DNA of 64,000 bases, from contig SMSO01000035.1 in assembly GCA_004764695.1 (NCBI GenBank), forward strand, positions 3,174,040 through 3,238,039. Reading direction: 5' to 3'. Within the stretch, counting starts at the first letter, position 1; every line of letters begins with the position of its first letter. The notes beneath the pieces are model-generated. The model was not told the DNA's origin. It searched no databases and saw only the letters and a program-made list of their open reading frames with translations. This DNA comes from Schizochytrium sp. TIO01 (Eukaryota; Protista; Bigyra: Labyrinthulomycetes). This document shows, one piece after another, positions 63,159-64,000 of this stretch. The position numbers and the translations under genes were made by a program.

Positions 63159-64000
63159 AGTTCCTATTTTAATGGAAAAAGGTTAAAGTGAAAGAAAAGA
63201 AAGAGACTCAGTCAGTACCTTACGAGGAGCTCGTAATAGAAGCGAGCGATGGAGGGGTGAAGAGCTCAGCTCCTTGGTTCTCGAGGCCTTGGGCGCCGAG
63301 GTCGCGGCGCCAGAGCCCTCGGGGCTGTGCGTTGGCCCTTGCTGACGCGTATTCTTGGCCCTGGGCGCGGATTTGGTCCTTGTCAGGCGCTCAGACCCGC
63401 CTTTCACAAGGCTTTTTCCCGGCTTGTCAAGTTTTTCAAACGCTGCGATTCTTATCTATCCGCCAGACAGACCAGACAGGCCACCGCCAGCGAGCCTCTG
63501 TGCCGCGACCCGAGCACAGCTCCTGCACTCCAGCCGGCCCGCCCCAGTCCCTCGTCCCTCCCTGTCTCCACGCCGCCGGCAGTCCCCAGCGCAAGGTCCT
63601 GCCTGTGCGCGGCTCTGCGGATGGAATTTCAAACCCACCCGAAATCGAGGCCCGATGCAGGCAGACTCGGTCGCGATCCACCCCAACCGGCAGCGGGCTG
63701 TCGCAGAACTGCCCTCCGTGGCCCTCCGTAGCCCTCGCGGCCGCCCTGTCCTCGCGAGCGTCGCTGGCAGTCGCTTGGTCAGTCCTGAGAAGCGCCGCGT
63801 TGCTCGTCTGCTTTCTTCTATCGTCTGTCTGTCTGTCTGCTTTTCGCGCTCTGTCTGGGCCTGGCGCCTCCTATGCTTAACTGTAGAACTCTATAGCAGT
63901 GCCGCCCAGATTTGGCCAACATCGAAGAGGCCACGAAATGAATGCTCGAACTCGATGCCGATGGAGCGACTCCGTGCGAGCAACGCGATGGGAGCTCGCC

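Noticed and set aside
63188-63880. 230-aa ORF in the GC-rich block at the window end
   Set aside because: Non-ATG start, low-complexity P/S/R composition and several open frames; more consistent with GC-rich promoter/UTR sequence.

Overview
Eukaryotic nuclear DNA: gene-dense, almost intron-free, with microsatellite-rich spacers. A flagellar gene (DRC1), the few short GT-AG introns and the codon style fit a flagellated protist, probably a thraustochytrid/labyrinthulomycete stramenopile (inference). There are about 15 protein genes: a tandem double glutaminase-ankyrin protein, a hypothetical protein, medium-chain acyl-CoA dehydrogenase, a secreted Cys-rich acidic protein, a RAD54B-like helicase, a membrane-anchored coiled-coil protein, a small putative mitochondrial protein, a kinesin (one intron), a purine nucleoside phosphorylase-deaminase fusion, USB1, a hypothetical protein, a Kelch-TM-RING E3 ligase, a DOCK GEF, DRC1 and a large multi-KOW/SH3-like protein. 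Four conserved genes (possibly five) are split by single +1 insertions in homopolymers, probably assembly errors. Best candidates for new biology: (1) one polypeptide fusing a 6-oxopurine-type (MTI) phosphorylase to an MTA/SAH deaminase, i.e. a complete two-step MTA->MTI->hypoxanthine salvage route; (2) a glutaminase made of a catalytically dead copy joined to an intact copy; (3) a receptor-like RING E3 ligase with a Kelch ectodomain. I could not support any tRNA, rRNA, CRISPR array or intact transposon.
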